DNA of 34,252 nt from a virus (lineage: Duplodnaviria; Caudoviricetes), in the IMG/VR virus record IMGVR_UViG_3300017910_000107, positions 1 through 34,252 of that record; one strand, written 5' to 3'. Position 1 is the stretch's first letter; every line of letters starts with the position of its first letter. The translations under genes and the position numbers were made by a program. Under the pieces are notes generated by a model that had not been told where the DNA came from, did no database searches, and saw only the letters and a list, made by a program, of their open reading frames with translations. Positions 1 to 9,383 of this stretch are shown here, piece by piece.

Positions 1-1986
1 GAGCAAAAAGCTAAGCAAGATGACAAAGACCGCGTACTTGGCGAGGCGGACGCTGCCGAACTCACACAAGCAGATCGAATCGAGATTGCCCGTCAAGGAA
101 TCAGGGACGCTGAGAAAGCGGGACTCATCCCACAAGGACTAAGCCCTGTCCGTTTGATTGCGATTCAAGAGGCCGTTGGTCGTGACATCGCACGGGATTA
201 TGAAAGCAGAGCGTTTGCCCTGTTGCCTCGGCTCACCGATCCAACCAACAATGAGAACATTGATGCAGCGTTCGAGGCCGAGTGGCAGAGAACTCAACTG
301 CAATCGGAGTCGTTCTACATTACCTCAGCAGCTCTGAAGGAGCGAGCCAACATCGACCAACGGTTGATCCGGCAAGCAACGGTTGAACGAGGTCGGAACA
401 CTTATGCGCTCAACAAAGAGCAACATGCGGATGATCTTGCCAGAGACTTGGACATTGCTGACAGCAAAGGCGAAGAGTTTACGACTGAGCAAATGAATGT
501 TTGGATGAACAAAGCCAGAGACGAGTTCGGATTCTCAGGCTTTGAGGAAGCTTGGCAGCGAATCCAAGCACAAGCGTTTGACTTGGCAAGAGATGGCAAA
601 TTAGAAGAAGCCGAGATATTGTTGGTGAACTTTGAAAATGCAAACCCATCCGGTCAGAAGAATGCTGACATGGGGCGGAAGTATGCTGATGAGATTTCTT
701 TGGCAGAGGCAAGGGTCGAAGAACTTGCGGAACGCTACGAAGAGAACGAAAAGCGAAAACAAGAGCAAGAACGTGATGAGGCTCGCAAGCAAAAGGCTGA
801 CGAGGCGGATCGAATCAGGGACGCTGTTGGAGAACTTGTTGTTGGTCTTGGTGACGAAGTTCCGGATCGGTCAGAGTTTCGAGAACTTGTTCAGTCAACA
901 CTGAAAGAAAAAGGATTCTCTCCTGCGTTGATTGGTCGTTACATGACTGACGAGTTCTCCGGTGATTACGGCAGCCTCCAAGACCCTCAGGCTAAAGAAG
1001 ATGTAATCGCCGCGTTGGCGGGGGCTAAAACACCGGAGGAACTTCGGTCTCGTGCAGACGAACTAGGTGCATCTAAGATTCAACTAATAGAAGCAGAAAG
1101 GCGACTGGATACAAAACGTGATGCGTTGTTGATCCGAGTCAATACTGCGGTTCGACCAGAGTTGGTCGCGTGGGAGGATGAATTAGATCTTCTTCTTCCG
1201 GCAGAATTTGATAATAGAGAGGTCCGGCGGAAAATTCTTCGTCGAGAACTGGACGCTTTCCAATCAGAAGTCAGTCGCGTAACTGAGGAGGTTCGTGATA
1301 ACAACCCAGACTTCAGTAATGTTCAGATAGGACTCGAAGTCCAACGGCGGATGCGTGAGTGGGTCGGGGAAAACACCGCAAGGTTGAACAACGCTGATGA
1401 TGTGAACTCTCCAGTCAACGAGGTAGCCAGAGCAACATTCGTCATGCCTTCACTCTCGCAGCTTCCAACAGAACTCGACACTGATGAATTCACTTCGACT
1501 GACTTTTTTACAACTGATGTCGCTTTTCTCACTGGCGAGGTGCGAAATTATTTTAAAGCGGAAACTCTGGATGGAAGAACCCAATCAGCATTGGAAATAC
1601 AAAGCAAATTGAAAAGAGAATTTGACGCTATAAAATTTAACTTTGCCCGATCAGTTGGCGATATTGATCAAGAAGGCATTACTGCTCGACGTTATAGAAC
1701 TGCAACTCTATTCAGAGGAGTATCCCTTGACGATCTAGAACGTGGTACGTTTGAGAACGGAGTGACAGTTACAGAAAGCCTTAGAGACCCAAAATTCACG
1801 CCGTTCTTCCCAAATAAGAAGGCACTGGAAGATGCTTTGGATGAGTACGACAACGCCGCCCCTGAAGCCCAAAGTGGAACATTGATTGGGCGACTGATCA
1901 CTGAACTGGGTGCTGAAAACACAGGAACCGCAGATCAGTTTGCCACGATGCAAGGTCTTCTTCTTCAACGTAGAGGTATGAACTAA
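1..1986 (+). CDS. Internal virion (ejection) protein, T7 gp15-like position, 5'-partial
   Basis: Frame 1 is open from base 1 (EQKAKQDDKD...). Acidic, helical protein lying directly before the large gp16-like gene. Its probable N-terminus is at 34071-34252. Confidence 0.65.
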   Translation, partial: EQKAKQDDKDRVLGEADAAELTQADRIEIARQGIRDAEKAGLIPQGLSPVRLIAIQEAVGRDIARDYESRAFALLPRLTDPTNNENIDAAFEAEWQRTQLQSESFYITSAALKERANIDQRLIRQATVERGRNTYALNKEQHADDLARDLDIADSKGEEFTTEQMNVWMNKARDEFGFSGFEEAWQRIQAQAFDLARDGKLEEAEILLVNFENANPSGQKNADMGRKYADEISLAEARVEELAERYEENEKRKQEQERDEARKQKADEADRIRDAVGELVVGLGDEVPDRSEFRELVQSTLKEKGFSPALIGRYMTDEFSGDYGSLQDPQAKEDVIAALAGAKTPEELRSRADELGASKIQLIEAERRLDTKRDALLIRVNTAVRPELVAWEDELDLLLPAEFDNREVRRKILRRELDAFQSEVSRVTEEVRDNNPDFSNVQIGLEVQRRMREWVGENTARLNNADDVNSPVNEVARATFVMPSLSQLPTELDTDEFTSTDFFTTDVAFLTGEVRNYFKAETLDGRTQSALEIQSKLKREFDAIKFNFARSVGDIDQEGITARRYRTATLFRGVSLDDLERGTFENGVTVTESLRDPKFTPFFPNKKALEDALDEYDNAAPEAQSGTLIGRLITELGAENTGTADQFATMQGLLLQRRGMN

Positions 1987-1988
1987 AT

Positions 1989-4900
1989 ATGTCACGACTT
2001 GATGAACTACTCGCTCAAGTACCCCAAGAAGAGATTGATGCCGCAGCCCAAGAAGAATCTGGATTCTTCGACGTTGCTGGCGACATCCTTGCGGCTCCAT
2101 TCCGTGGTGTCGAAGGTGCAGTTCAAGGCATCTACAACCTCGGGGACATGCTGACGTTTGACCTGTTGCCTGACTACGACAACCGTTTGCTGGGCGAGTC
2201 ATCAACCACTGCCGGTGGGATTGTCGAAGGTATCTCTCAGTTCGCCAGCGGCATGTTTGTTCCAGGCGTTGGTGGCCTCTCGATTGCCTCGAAGCTGGGC
2301 AAGTTGGGTAAGGCTCGCACGTTGCTGACGCAGGGTTCCAAGTCGAGAGAGATCGCCAAGTTTGCCGTAGGTGGTGCAGTCACGGACTTTGCGTACTTCG
2401 ATGGTAAGCAAGGTCGGCTGTCTGATTTGATTCAACAAAACCCCTCGCTTCAGAACCCGATCACGGAGTTCTTGCAATCAGAGGAGGACGATACTCAGAT
2501 TGAAGGTCGCCTCAAGAATGCCGTGGAAGGCTTGGGTCTTGGTCTTCTTGCTGATGGGATCATCGCAGGAGCCAAGGGTCTTCGTGCTGGAGGCAAGGCC
2601 AAAGCAGACGGAGCGTCTCCCTCTGCTGTCGAAGCGGCGATGAGAGATGCGGAAGAAGGGCATACTCCTGCTCCCAAAACAGAGCCAGATGATTTGGTCT
2701 TTGAAGCTGAGGAAGGAGCCTTTTATCACGGAACCGCTTCAGATTTAGATGCTGGTTCGATTGATCCATACGCAACTTCAGTGTCCGGTCTGTATGGTCC
2801 GGGGTTGTATCTCACCGACAATCCCAATGTTGCATACGGATACGCGAAGACCAGATCCAAGCAGGCAAAAGGCGATAAATCTGCCAAGGTCTTCAAAGTC
2901 AACTTGGGTGAAACAAACCTGATTGATCTCGATGCAAAAGCAGTCGATGCTGATCCAGCGGTTCGGCAGGAGTTTGAGGAGCTATACAACGGGGCTTTAG
3001 GTTTTGAGGGCAACCCTATAGAACCCTCAAGTTTCTTCGACAACATGACTTTGGGTCAAATCTACAGAGATGCCACTGAAATTCTGTCTGAGGCGAGAAT
3101 CAGTCGAGAGGAAGCATTGAGTACCATTGATCCATTCCAAGGTCAAATCATGTCTTTGGGTTATGACGGGTTCCGTCACCTTGGTGGAGGGCGGGTAGGA
3201 ACTGTTCGTCACAATGTTGCCATCCTTTTCGATCCATCCGGAAAGACTTCAACAGGCCGTCCCAATCCGATTCAGGGTATGGAAGACATCGTGGGTTCTG
3301 GAAAGCCTCGTCCAAAAGCTACGCCTGTAGAAGAAGATGCCACTCCGGGTGCGGGGCCAACGCCTGAGCCTCCAAAAGAACCCGAGTCAGCCAGTGAGTT
3401 CCTCGCTGGTGTTGAGGCTGACGATCTCACAGGAAAGCCGCCAGCCGAGCGATTGAACATTCGTCGGGTATCTGATCAGGACAGCGGCAAGCGGGTCGTG
3501 AAGGGAACTCTTGATGAGATGGAGGCTCGAGGAGAGTTTGATGATGTCCGGTCTAAATCTTTTGAAGAACAACGGGCCGATGCTGCATCGGTGGCTGCTG
3601 ACTTGGCTGATGCCACAGGCGATGCTTCACTGAAGAATCTTCAGGGCGTTCTCAAAGATAAAGAAGATGCTCTTACCGAAGCACTGCCAGCGTTGACTGC
3701 GGTTCGTGAGACTCTTTCCCAGGCTGCCGCTGAAGCCGGTCAGATTGCTCGTAAGGGTGCGAGGGCAACTTCCTCGGAGAAGATGGAGTTCTTGCTTCTT
3801 CAACAACGCATCGAAGTCTTGTCAAAGACTGCGGTGAACATGCAGCGAGCCGTGGCTCGGCAGTTGGGCCTTCAGCGGTACATCCCAAGCGTGGATGCAA
3901 ACGTCAAACTTCTGCCTGATGACTTGGTGAAGGGGGGAACAGACGCTGGGAAAGCTGCACAAGATCAACTTCTCCGTGACCTCGGAGGCGGGGATGCGGC
4001 TGAAGGTCTTGCACGGGTTGATTCGATGATGGAGAAGTTTGCTGCTGCTGCTGATCGAAACCCAATGCGTGCGGTTGCTCTGACTAGAAACGGCGGCAAA
4101 CTCAACCCTATTGGGTACTGGATGAACAGCATCCTGTCTGGCCCAACGACTCACATGGTCAACATCGCATCCGGTGTCTTTACCACAGCGTTCCTCCCGA
4201 TGGAACGAGCATTAGGACAACTACTCACCGGCAACCTTGAAGCCGCTGGTCGAGAGGTGGCAAAGTACGGGTATATGTTTGAGGCATTCAACGATTCCCT
4301 TGCTGCTGCAAAGTTGACGCTGAAGCAAGGTGAGAATGTCTTGGACTCTTCAGTCATGGTTCGTGATGACCTGAAGGCCGGAATTATTTCCACGATTGAT
4401 GAGAATGTGGATGATGCTGTGTCCGCTTCTCAGAAATGGATCACCGGCATCATCAACACCCCCAGTAGATTCTTGGCGGCAGAAGACGAGTTCTTCAAGC
4501 AACTGAACTACCGTGCCGAGGTCAAGGCTGGACTCTATGACGAAGCAGTACGCCGTGGACTCAAGGGCGATGAAGCCGCTGTGTTCGTAGCCGATGGTTT
4601 CGAGAAGGTGACTAAGAACGGGAAGCTCTACAACGAGAAGAACCTTCTTCAGCGTGCGGACATTGAGGCCAAGAGATTGAACCTCGATCCGCTGAATACC
4701 CCCGATCAATATCAGACATTTGTTAGTGATTTCATGGGAAAGAATTTCGACCAGCAGTTTGCTGACATTGCTGAGAGAGGTCTGGGGCGAGCGAGAGAAG
4801 CCACCTTCACAACTCCGTTGACGAAGGATCGCGGTGGAGTTGTTGCAGTTGGTCGAGCCGCTAACAAAGCGGTAAACGAACTTCCGATATTGAGGTTTGT

Positions 4901-6077
4901 TCTACCGTTCGTCCGAACACCTGCAAACCTTCTGGACTTCTTCTTCAAACGCTTTGTTCCTTCTGAAGCTGGATCAATGATTGTAAGAAAAACCAGAAGG
5001 GATCTTCTGTCATCTGATCCTCAGGTTCGTGCTGAATTTGTCGGAAGAATGGCAACCGGAACGATGATGGTCTCAGGGGCCGCAATGTTGTACGCCTCTG
5101 GTCGCCTCACGGGAAGTGGGCCAAGAGATCCATCTCGCCGTGCGTTGCTCGAAGAGGCCGGATGGCAACCCTATTCGATTCTCGTTGGCGACAAGTATGT
5201 CTCATACCGACGATTCGACCCGTTTGCTGGATTCTTGGCTGTCATTGCTGACTATGCGGAGGGTGCGAGCTACGCCGAGGAAGAATCAGAGGACGAACTT
5301 CGGAACGGGTTTGCTGGACTTGTCTTTGCTGCTGCTCAGTTCAATAAGAACCGCTCGTTCTTCCAAGGTATTTCCAACCTTCTGAGTGCCGCATCGGAAC
5401 CAGAGCGGTTCGGCCCCGGACTTGCGGAACAGTACGCAGGTTCTTTTGTTCCTTCGTTCCTCGCTCAACTCAAGCCTGCGTTCGGTGATTCAGAAATCAG
5501 AGAGGTTCGAGGACTCGTCGATGCGATGCGTAACCGTATTCCTGGGCTTGCGGAAGGCCTGGAAGGTCGCCGGAACATCTTCGGAGAGAACATCACTCGT
5601 CCCACCGGACCTTTGGCAATCGACCCGTTCCCCTACACCGAGGTCAAGGAAGATGTCATCTCTGAGGAGTTGATGAAGATTGGTATGCGGAACGGTATCT
5701 CCCGCCCGCGTGTCCGTAAGAATGGACTGGACTTGACCAACTACACCAACTCCAAGGGCCAAACTGCATACGACCGTTGGCAAGAACTTCATGGCAAGGT
5801 CAAGCTCAAGGGTCGGACGCTGCGTGACGCAATGAGTCGCCTGATCCGATCCCGCGATTACCAGCGGCTCACCGAAGAATCGAACTCCACCTACGACTCA
5901 CCTCGGGCTGAGGCTCTGCGTCGGTTGGTGTCTCGATACCGTGCCGAGGCATATAAGCAACTCCTCCGTGAGTTTGATGACCTTCGCACTGACGATGTGA
6001 ACAACAACTTGAACCGTAAGGCTCTCCGAACTGGTAAGAGCCTGTCTCAACTTCGTGCTTTGATTGGAGAAGAATAA
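1989..6077 (+). CDS. Large internal virion protein (gp16-like) with inserted ADP-ribosyltransferase-like domain and LPD38-like C-terminal region
   Basis: 1362 aa, last gene before the tail-fibre gene. Contains FYHGT..GPGLYLT..AYGYA..LGYDG (ART-like) and, C-terminally, RFLAAEDEFFK, LPFVRTPAN and GWQPYSILVGDKYVSYRRFDP, typical of these proteins. Confidence 0.75.
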   Translation: MSRLDELLAQVPQEEIDAAAQEESGFFDVAGDILAAPFRGVEGAVQGIYNLGDMLTFDLLPDYDNRLLGESSTTAGGIVEGISQFASGMFVPGVGGLSIASKLGKLGKARTLLTQGSKSREIAKFAVGGAVTDFAYFDGKQGRLSDLIQQNPSLQNPITEFLQSEEDDTQIEGRLKNAVEGLGLGLLADGIIAGAKGLRAGGKAKADGASPSAVEAAMRDAEEGHTPAPKTEPDDLVFEAEEGAFYHGTASDLDAGSIDPYATSVSGLYGPGLYLTDNPNVAYGYAKTRSKQAKGDKSAKVFKVNLGETNLIDLDAKAVDADPAVRQEFEELYNGALGFEGNPIEPSSFFDNMTLGQIYRDATEILSEARISREEALSTIDPFQGQIMSLGYDGFRHLGGGRVGTVRHNVAILFDPSGKTSTGRPNPIQGMEDIVGSGKPRPKATPVEEDATPGAGPTPEPPKEPESASEFLAGVEADDLTGKPPAERLNIRRVSDQDSGKRVVKGTLDEMEARGEFDDVRSKSFEEQRADAASVAADLADATGDASLKNLQGVLKDKEDALTEALPALTAVRETLSQAAAEAGQIARKGARATSSEKMEFLLLQQRIEVLSKTAVNMQRAVARQLGLQRYIPSVDANVKLLPDDLVKGGTDAGKAAQDQLLRDLGGGDAAEGLARVDSMMEKFAAAADRNPMRAVALTRNGGKLNPIGYWMNSILSGPTTHMVNIASGVFTTAFLPMERALGQLLTGNLEAAGREVAKYGYMFEAFNDSLAAAKLTLKQGENVLDSSVMVRDDLKAGIISTIDENVDDAVSASQKWITGIINTPSRFLAAEDEFFKQLNYRAEVKAGLYDEAVRRGLKGDEAAVFVADGFEKVTKNGKLYNEKNLLQRADIEAKRLNLDPLNTPDQYQTFVSDFMGKNFDQQFADIAERGLGRAREATFTTPLTKDRGGVVAVGRAANKAVNELPILRFVLPFVRTPANLLDFFFKRFVPSEAGSMIVRKTRRDLLSSDPQVRAEFVGRMATGTMMVSGAAMLYASGRLTGSGPRDPSRRALLEEAGWQPYSILVGDKYVSYRRFDPFAGFLAVIADYAEGASYAEEESEDELRNGFAGLVFAAAQFNKNRSFFQGISNLLSAASEPERFGPGLAEQYAGSFVPSFLAQLKPAFGDSEIREVRGLVDAMRNRIPGLAEGLEGRRNIFGENITRPTGPLAIDPFPYTEVKEDVISEELMKIGMRNGISRPRVRKNGLDLTNYTNSKGQTAYDRWQELHGKVKLKGRTLRDAMSRLIRSRDYQRLTEESNSTYDSPRAEALRRLVSRYRAEAYKQLLREFDDLRTDDVNNNLNRKALRTGKSLSQLRALIGEE

Positions 6078-6442
6078 TGGCTGTGGCCTCCATCACTTAC
6101 AGTAGTTTCGCAGGTGGGACTACAACCTTTTCTACCGCGTTTACTGGGGGAACAGCTCTTGATCCCTCTCATATTGTCGTAAAAGTGGGCGGGGTCACAA
6201 AGACCATTACCACTCACTACACCGTGGCTTCGGATCGGAACTCAATCACATTTACCGCTGGTAACGAACCCAGTTCAAACGTGGTGGTGTCCCGAGTAAC
6301 CCCCGCAACCAGTGCGACTCGGCTGGTGGACTTTGTAAACGGGGCCACCCTCAAAGCTGAAGACCTCGACAACATTGTCCTACAGGTCTTGTATGTCACT
6401 CAAGAAGTCAGTGACCGCGTGTCTGCGTTGGAAGGAAATTAA
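6077..6442 (+). CDS. Tail fibre N-terminal adaptor domain (T7 gp17 N-term-like), stand-alone
   Basis: RVTP...RLVDFVNGATLKAEDLDNIVLQVLYVTQE matches the T7-type tail-fibre attachment signature. Only 121 aa long. Confidence 0.8.
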   Translation: MAVASITYSSFAGGTTTFSTAFTGGTALDPSHIVVKVGGVTKTITTHYTVASDRNSITFTAGNEPSSNVVVSRVTPATSATRLVDFVNGATLKAEDLDNIVLQVLYVTQEVSDRVSALEGN

Positions 6443-6443
6443 C

Positions 6444-6653
6444 GTGGAAACCGAAAATCAGATCATGCTGGCCTTGGGCCGTCTTGAGGGCAAGGTTGAT
6501 GCCATGCTCACCAAGCAGCAAAGCCAAGATGAAGCCTTGGAAAAGCATGATCGACGAATCCGAATCCTTGAGCAAAGTCGCTCTTGGCTCCTTGGAGCAT
6601 CCGCAATCATTGGTGCTTCAGTCTCTTTCCTTATGAAGTACCTAATGAGGTGA
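6444..6653 (+). CDS. Small coiled-coil protein with C-terminal TM helix, holin/XhlA-like candidate
   Basis: GTG start after GAAGGA. LGRLEGKVD...HDRRIRILEQ coiled coil followed by hydrophobic WLLGASAIIGASVSFLM. Confidence 0.55.
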   Translation: METENQIMLALGRLEGKVDAMLTKQQSQDEALEKHDRRIRILEQSRSWLLGASAIIGASVSFLMKYLMR

Positions 6654-6659
6654 ATAAAC

Positions 6660-6947
6660 ATGAAAGTTGTAAAACTGCTTGATGGAGTCTCCGTGAACGG
6701 AGATGGAACTGTGTACGAATCTAGATTTCTTCGGGACAACGAAACTGGCTTGGTTCAAGCTGTGTTCGGCGGAGATCGAACGGGAACCTTGAAACTTCAA
6801 GGCAGCCTGGATGGAACCAACTTCGTCGATGTGGCATCATTTACCACTTCGGGATCGCTTGCTGTAACCATCTTCCCGTTTCTGAAAGGCAACCTCTCCA
6901 GCATCGGTGGATCATCCGGAACCGTGTCCCTGCTCTTGGGAGATTGA
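6660..6947 (+). CDS. Hypothetical small beta-rich protein (tail region)
   Basis: GAGGTG SD upstream. 95 aa containing GTLKLQGSLDGTNFVDV. Confidence 0.6.
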   Translation: MKVVKLLDGVSVNGDGTVYESRFLRDNETGLVQAVFGGDRTGTLKLQGSLDGTNFVDVASFTTSGSLAVTIFPFLKGNLSSIGGSSGTVSLLLGD

Positions 6948-6948
6948 T

Positions 6949-7839
6949 ATGGCACTTTGGAAGCCCAGCAACGACTCGACTTTGTTTGCGTGGTTTGACG
7001 CGGACAGTTTTTCCGCAGGCTCTTTGGCGCAGGCTGCACAATGGTCGAACAAAGAAGGAACAACTGCTCGGCACATGCTTGGTGGCGCAAGTGATTCAAC
7101 CACAAACCCACAACTCTGCGGATCAAGCGATTTTCTAAATGGTCGGGCTGGGGTTGAATTTGACCAAGACACCGGAGAATTGGACATTCTTCAAACCTCC
7201 GGCACAGTTGTTGATTTGGACGATCAACCGTATACCATTTGCTACATTGTCAAAGATAGTAATCAGGCCGACGTTGATTACTTCATGTATTTCTTTGAGG
7301 GCGGCAATGTTGCCAGTTTTTTCCAAGGCGAATTATCGTTTAGTGGGTCCGTTCGTCTTTACGGACAGTCAGGTGGGTTCAGTTTTAGTCCGCCAACATC
7401 CTACAGTATCGCCCTGTCAGACGATGAAAAATCGGCTCTTGCAGCCGGAGTAATGCTAACCACTGTTGCTGACGGAACCAACTACGCCCCTTTTTTCAAC
7501 GGTGCAGCGTTGAACATCACCGACTTGTCCGGCAACCCCGCAACTCTGGGACAGGACGCGACCACCAACGCAGCCTCGATGGTTGTTGGTTCTCTCGCAA
7601 CTCAGGGTATGGATGCCATTATGTACGAAATTGTCATCTGCATTGGCACTGGGGCAAACGATAACCACAAGCGGATTGAAGGCTACTTAGCACATAGGTA
7701 TGCAAGAACCCTTCCTACCACTCACGAATACACGAATCACGCCCCAACCGAGTCTCTCGAAATCTCAGGAACCTCTGGAGATATCGAGGGTGGCCTCACG
7801 CAATCAATCTCATCTGAACTAACCACAGTGAGGATCTAA
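6949..7839 (+). CDS. Putative receptor-binding/tail protein with LamG/concanavalin-like beta sandwich
   Basis: ATG at 6949 after GGGAG. LFAWFDADS...W.NK near the start and YEIVIC...IEGYLAHRY near the end resemble phage LamG-like domains. Confidence 0.55.
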   Translation: MALWKPSNDSTLFAWFDADSFSAGSLAQAAQWSNKEGTTARHMLGGASDSTTNPQLCGSSDFLNGRAGVEFDQDTGELDILQTSGTVVDLDDQPYTICYIVKDSNQADVDYFMYFFEGGNVASFFQGELSFSGSVRLYGQSGGFSFSPPTSYSIALSDDEKSALAAGVMLTTVADGTNYAPFFNGAALNITDLSGNPATLGQDATTNAASMVVGSLATQGMDAIMYEIVICIGTGANDNHKRIEGYLAHRYARTLPTTHEYTNHAPTESLEISGTSGDIEGGLTQSISSELTTVRI

Positions 7840-8051
7840 TGGAAGAACTACTCAAGAAGCTGCACACAGGCATGTGTGAAACTCTTCTGGCCCGGATTGA
7901 GTCAGGTGAGGCTACCGCTGCTGATCTCGGCGTTGCCCGTCAGTTTCTCAAAGACAACGGAATTGACGCATCTGCTAACAAATCAGAACCACTGGCAAAC
8001 CTTGCCAGGTCTTTGCCATTCGATCCCAGCATCGAGAAGGAAGCCATCTAA
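7839..8051 (+). CDS. terS: Terminase small subunit (T7 gp18-like)
   Basis: LLARIESGEATAADLGVARQFLKDNGI signature and LPF near the C-terminus. Lies upstream of TerL. Confidence 0.85.
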   Translation: MEELLKKLHTGMCETLLARIESGEATAADLGVARQFLKDNGIDASANKSEPLANLARSLPFDPSIEKEAI

Positions 8052-8194
8052 TGAAGCACAAGAAAATGAGTGCAAAAGATCGCCGTTTGGCGGCTCTTGC
8101 TGAACCCAAAGACAAAATCACCCAAGCCGATGTCATTGCCGGTCGGACGATGAAGATCAAGAAGGGCAAGAAGAAAAATGGAATGCGGGCCTGA
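8051..8194 (+). CDS. Small basic protein, 47 aa (MKHKKMSAKDRRLAALAEPKDKITQADVIAGR...)
   Basis: Read from the sequence; not in the ORF track. Coupled to terS by TAATG. K-rich. Confidence 0.65.
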   Translation: MKHKKMSAKDRRLAALAEPKDKITQADVIAGRTMKIKKGKKKNGMRA

Positions 8195-8195
8195 T

Positions 8196-8282
8196 ATGTA
8201 CCACAGCAAGCGAAAAGTCGGGAAGATGAAGTCCAAAGCTGCGGCAAAGCCAAAGAAGACCAAGCCAAAGAAAAAGGGCTGA
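8196..8282 (+). CDS. Very basic microprotein, 28 aa (MYHSKRKVGKMKSKAAAKPKKTKPKKKG)
   Basis: Read from the sequence. Fills the gap between its neighbours and carries the KRKVGK motif. Confidence 0.6.
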   Translation: MYHSKRKVGKMKSKAAAKPKKTKPKKKG

Positions 8283-8285
8283 TCG

Positions 8286-8465
8286 ATGGCAAAGCGTAAG
8301 GTTGGAAAAAAGGCTGAAGGTCTTACCAAACGTCAAGAGGACACCATGAAGCGTCACTCAGAGCATCACACCAAAAAGCACATGGACATGATGCGGTCAC
8401 TGATGATCAAGGGCGACACCTTTGGTCAGGCCCATAAGAAGGTCATGAGGAAGGTTGGTAAGTAA
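8286..8465 (+). CDS. Small basic His/Met-rich protein, 59 aa (MAKRKVGKKAEGLTKRQEDTMKRHSEHHTKKHM...)
   Basis: Read from the sequence. Coupled to the next gene by TAATG. Confidence 0.7.
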   Translation: MAKRKVGKKAEGLTKRQEDTMKRHSEHHTKKHMDMMRSLMIKGDTFGQAHKKVMRKVGK

Positions 8466-8632
8466 TGGCGAAGCGTAAGGTCGGAAAGAAACCGATCCCA
8501 ACCAATAAGGCTTTGTATTCCAGAGTCAAGGCGGAAGCCAAGAAGAAGTTCGATGTCTATCCATCTGCCTATGCCAACGCTTGGCTGGTGCGAACCTACA
8601 AGAAGCGTGGCGGAAAGTACCGGATGGGCTAA
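8465..8632 (+). CDS. Small basic protein, 55 aa (YPSAYANAWLVRTYKKRGGKY type, DUF5872-related)
   Basis: Read from the sequence. PTNKALYSRVKAEAKKKFDVYPSAYAN motif recalled from other phages. Confidence 0.7.
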   Translation: MAKRKVGKKPIPTNKALYSRVKAEAKKKFDVYPSAYANAWLVRTYKKRGGKYRMG

Positions 8633-9135
8633 TGAGTTGTCCTGAATGCAATAAGAGAGCATCTGAAGAAAAGAAGGCTCTTCTGGACTGCAAGGGCAAC
8701 TGTGAGAAGCTGAATACCAAGGCCCAGCGTCTATCTCTGGTAGTCGCAGTTCTTGGCACGGTTCTCGGTAAAGAGACTCTTGATATGGCTTTGGGCCTGG
8801 AGTCAACGCTCAATCAAATTGCGGCAAAAACCGAGGACACTGGTGTAGAACTGGCTTACGAACCGTCTATCGGTTTTCCATCCAGCCCTCCAAAGGCTCC
8901 TGATCCCAAGCCCTCAGGATTGTCCTACATGAGTGCTGCCGTGGAACGTGAAGACTCCTTGCTGTCTTATGTCCCACCTCTGACAACCTTTGAGTGGCAT
9001 GAGCCAGACCCAGAGTTGTTCACTTGGCAAGATGACACATCACTACAAAACTCAATGATTGTTCCGTTCCGTAACGGGTTGTTCCTGTTCGGACTCGCAT
9101 ATCTTGGACACCAGGAAAGGCGTAGAAATGGCTAG
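8632..9135 (+). CDS. Hypothetical membrane protein with PEP-CTERM-like C-terminus
   Basis: TAATG-coupled start (MSCPEC). Hydrophobic LSLVVAVLGTVLG, a Pro-rich linker, and C-terminal IVPFRNGLFLFGLAYLGHQERRR. Confidence 0.6.
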   Translation: MSCPECNKRASEEKKALLDCKGNCEKLNTKAQRLSLVVAVLGTVLGKETLDMALGLESTLNQIAAKTEDTGVELAYEPSIGFPSSPPKAPDPKPSGLSYMSAAVEREDSLLSYVPPLTTFEWHEPDPELFTWQDDTSLQNSMIVPFRNGLFLFGLAYLGHQERRRNG

Positions 9136-9382
9136 ACACTCAGGCGGACTCACCAAATGGTTCAAAGAAGACTGGATTGACCTACGGACTGGCAAAAAGT
9201 GCGGGCGGTCTGGCGAGGAGATGTCCACTCGGAAGTATCCAGTGTGCCGTCCCCGTAAGATTGCCAACCGGATGACCAAGAAGGAAAAGCAAGCGGTCAT
9301 CGCCAAGAAGACTGGTCCCAGTAAAGTCAAGTACCCCATCACTGCCTCCGGTCGCCGTAGGATGAAGATCAGGAAGGCATAA
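9128..9382 (+). CDS. Small basic protein (DUF5872-like)
   Basis: GGLTKWFKEDWID..TGKKCGR...KYPVCRP motif. Confidence 0.7.
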   Translation: MARHSGGLTKWFKEDWIDLRTGKKCGRSGEEMSTRKYPVCRPRKIANRMTKKEKQAVIAKKTGPSKVKYPITASGRRRMKIRKA

Positions 9383-9383
9383 G

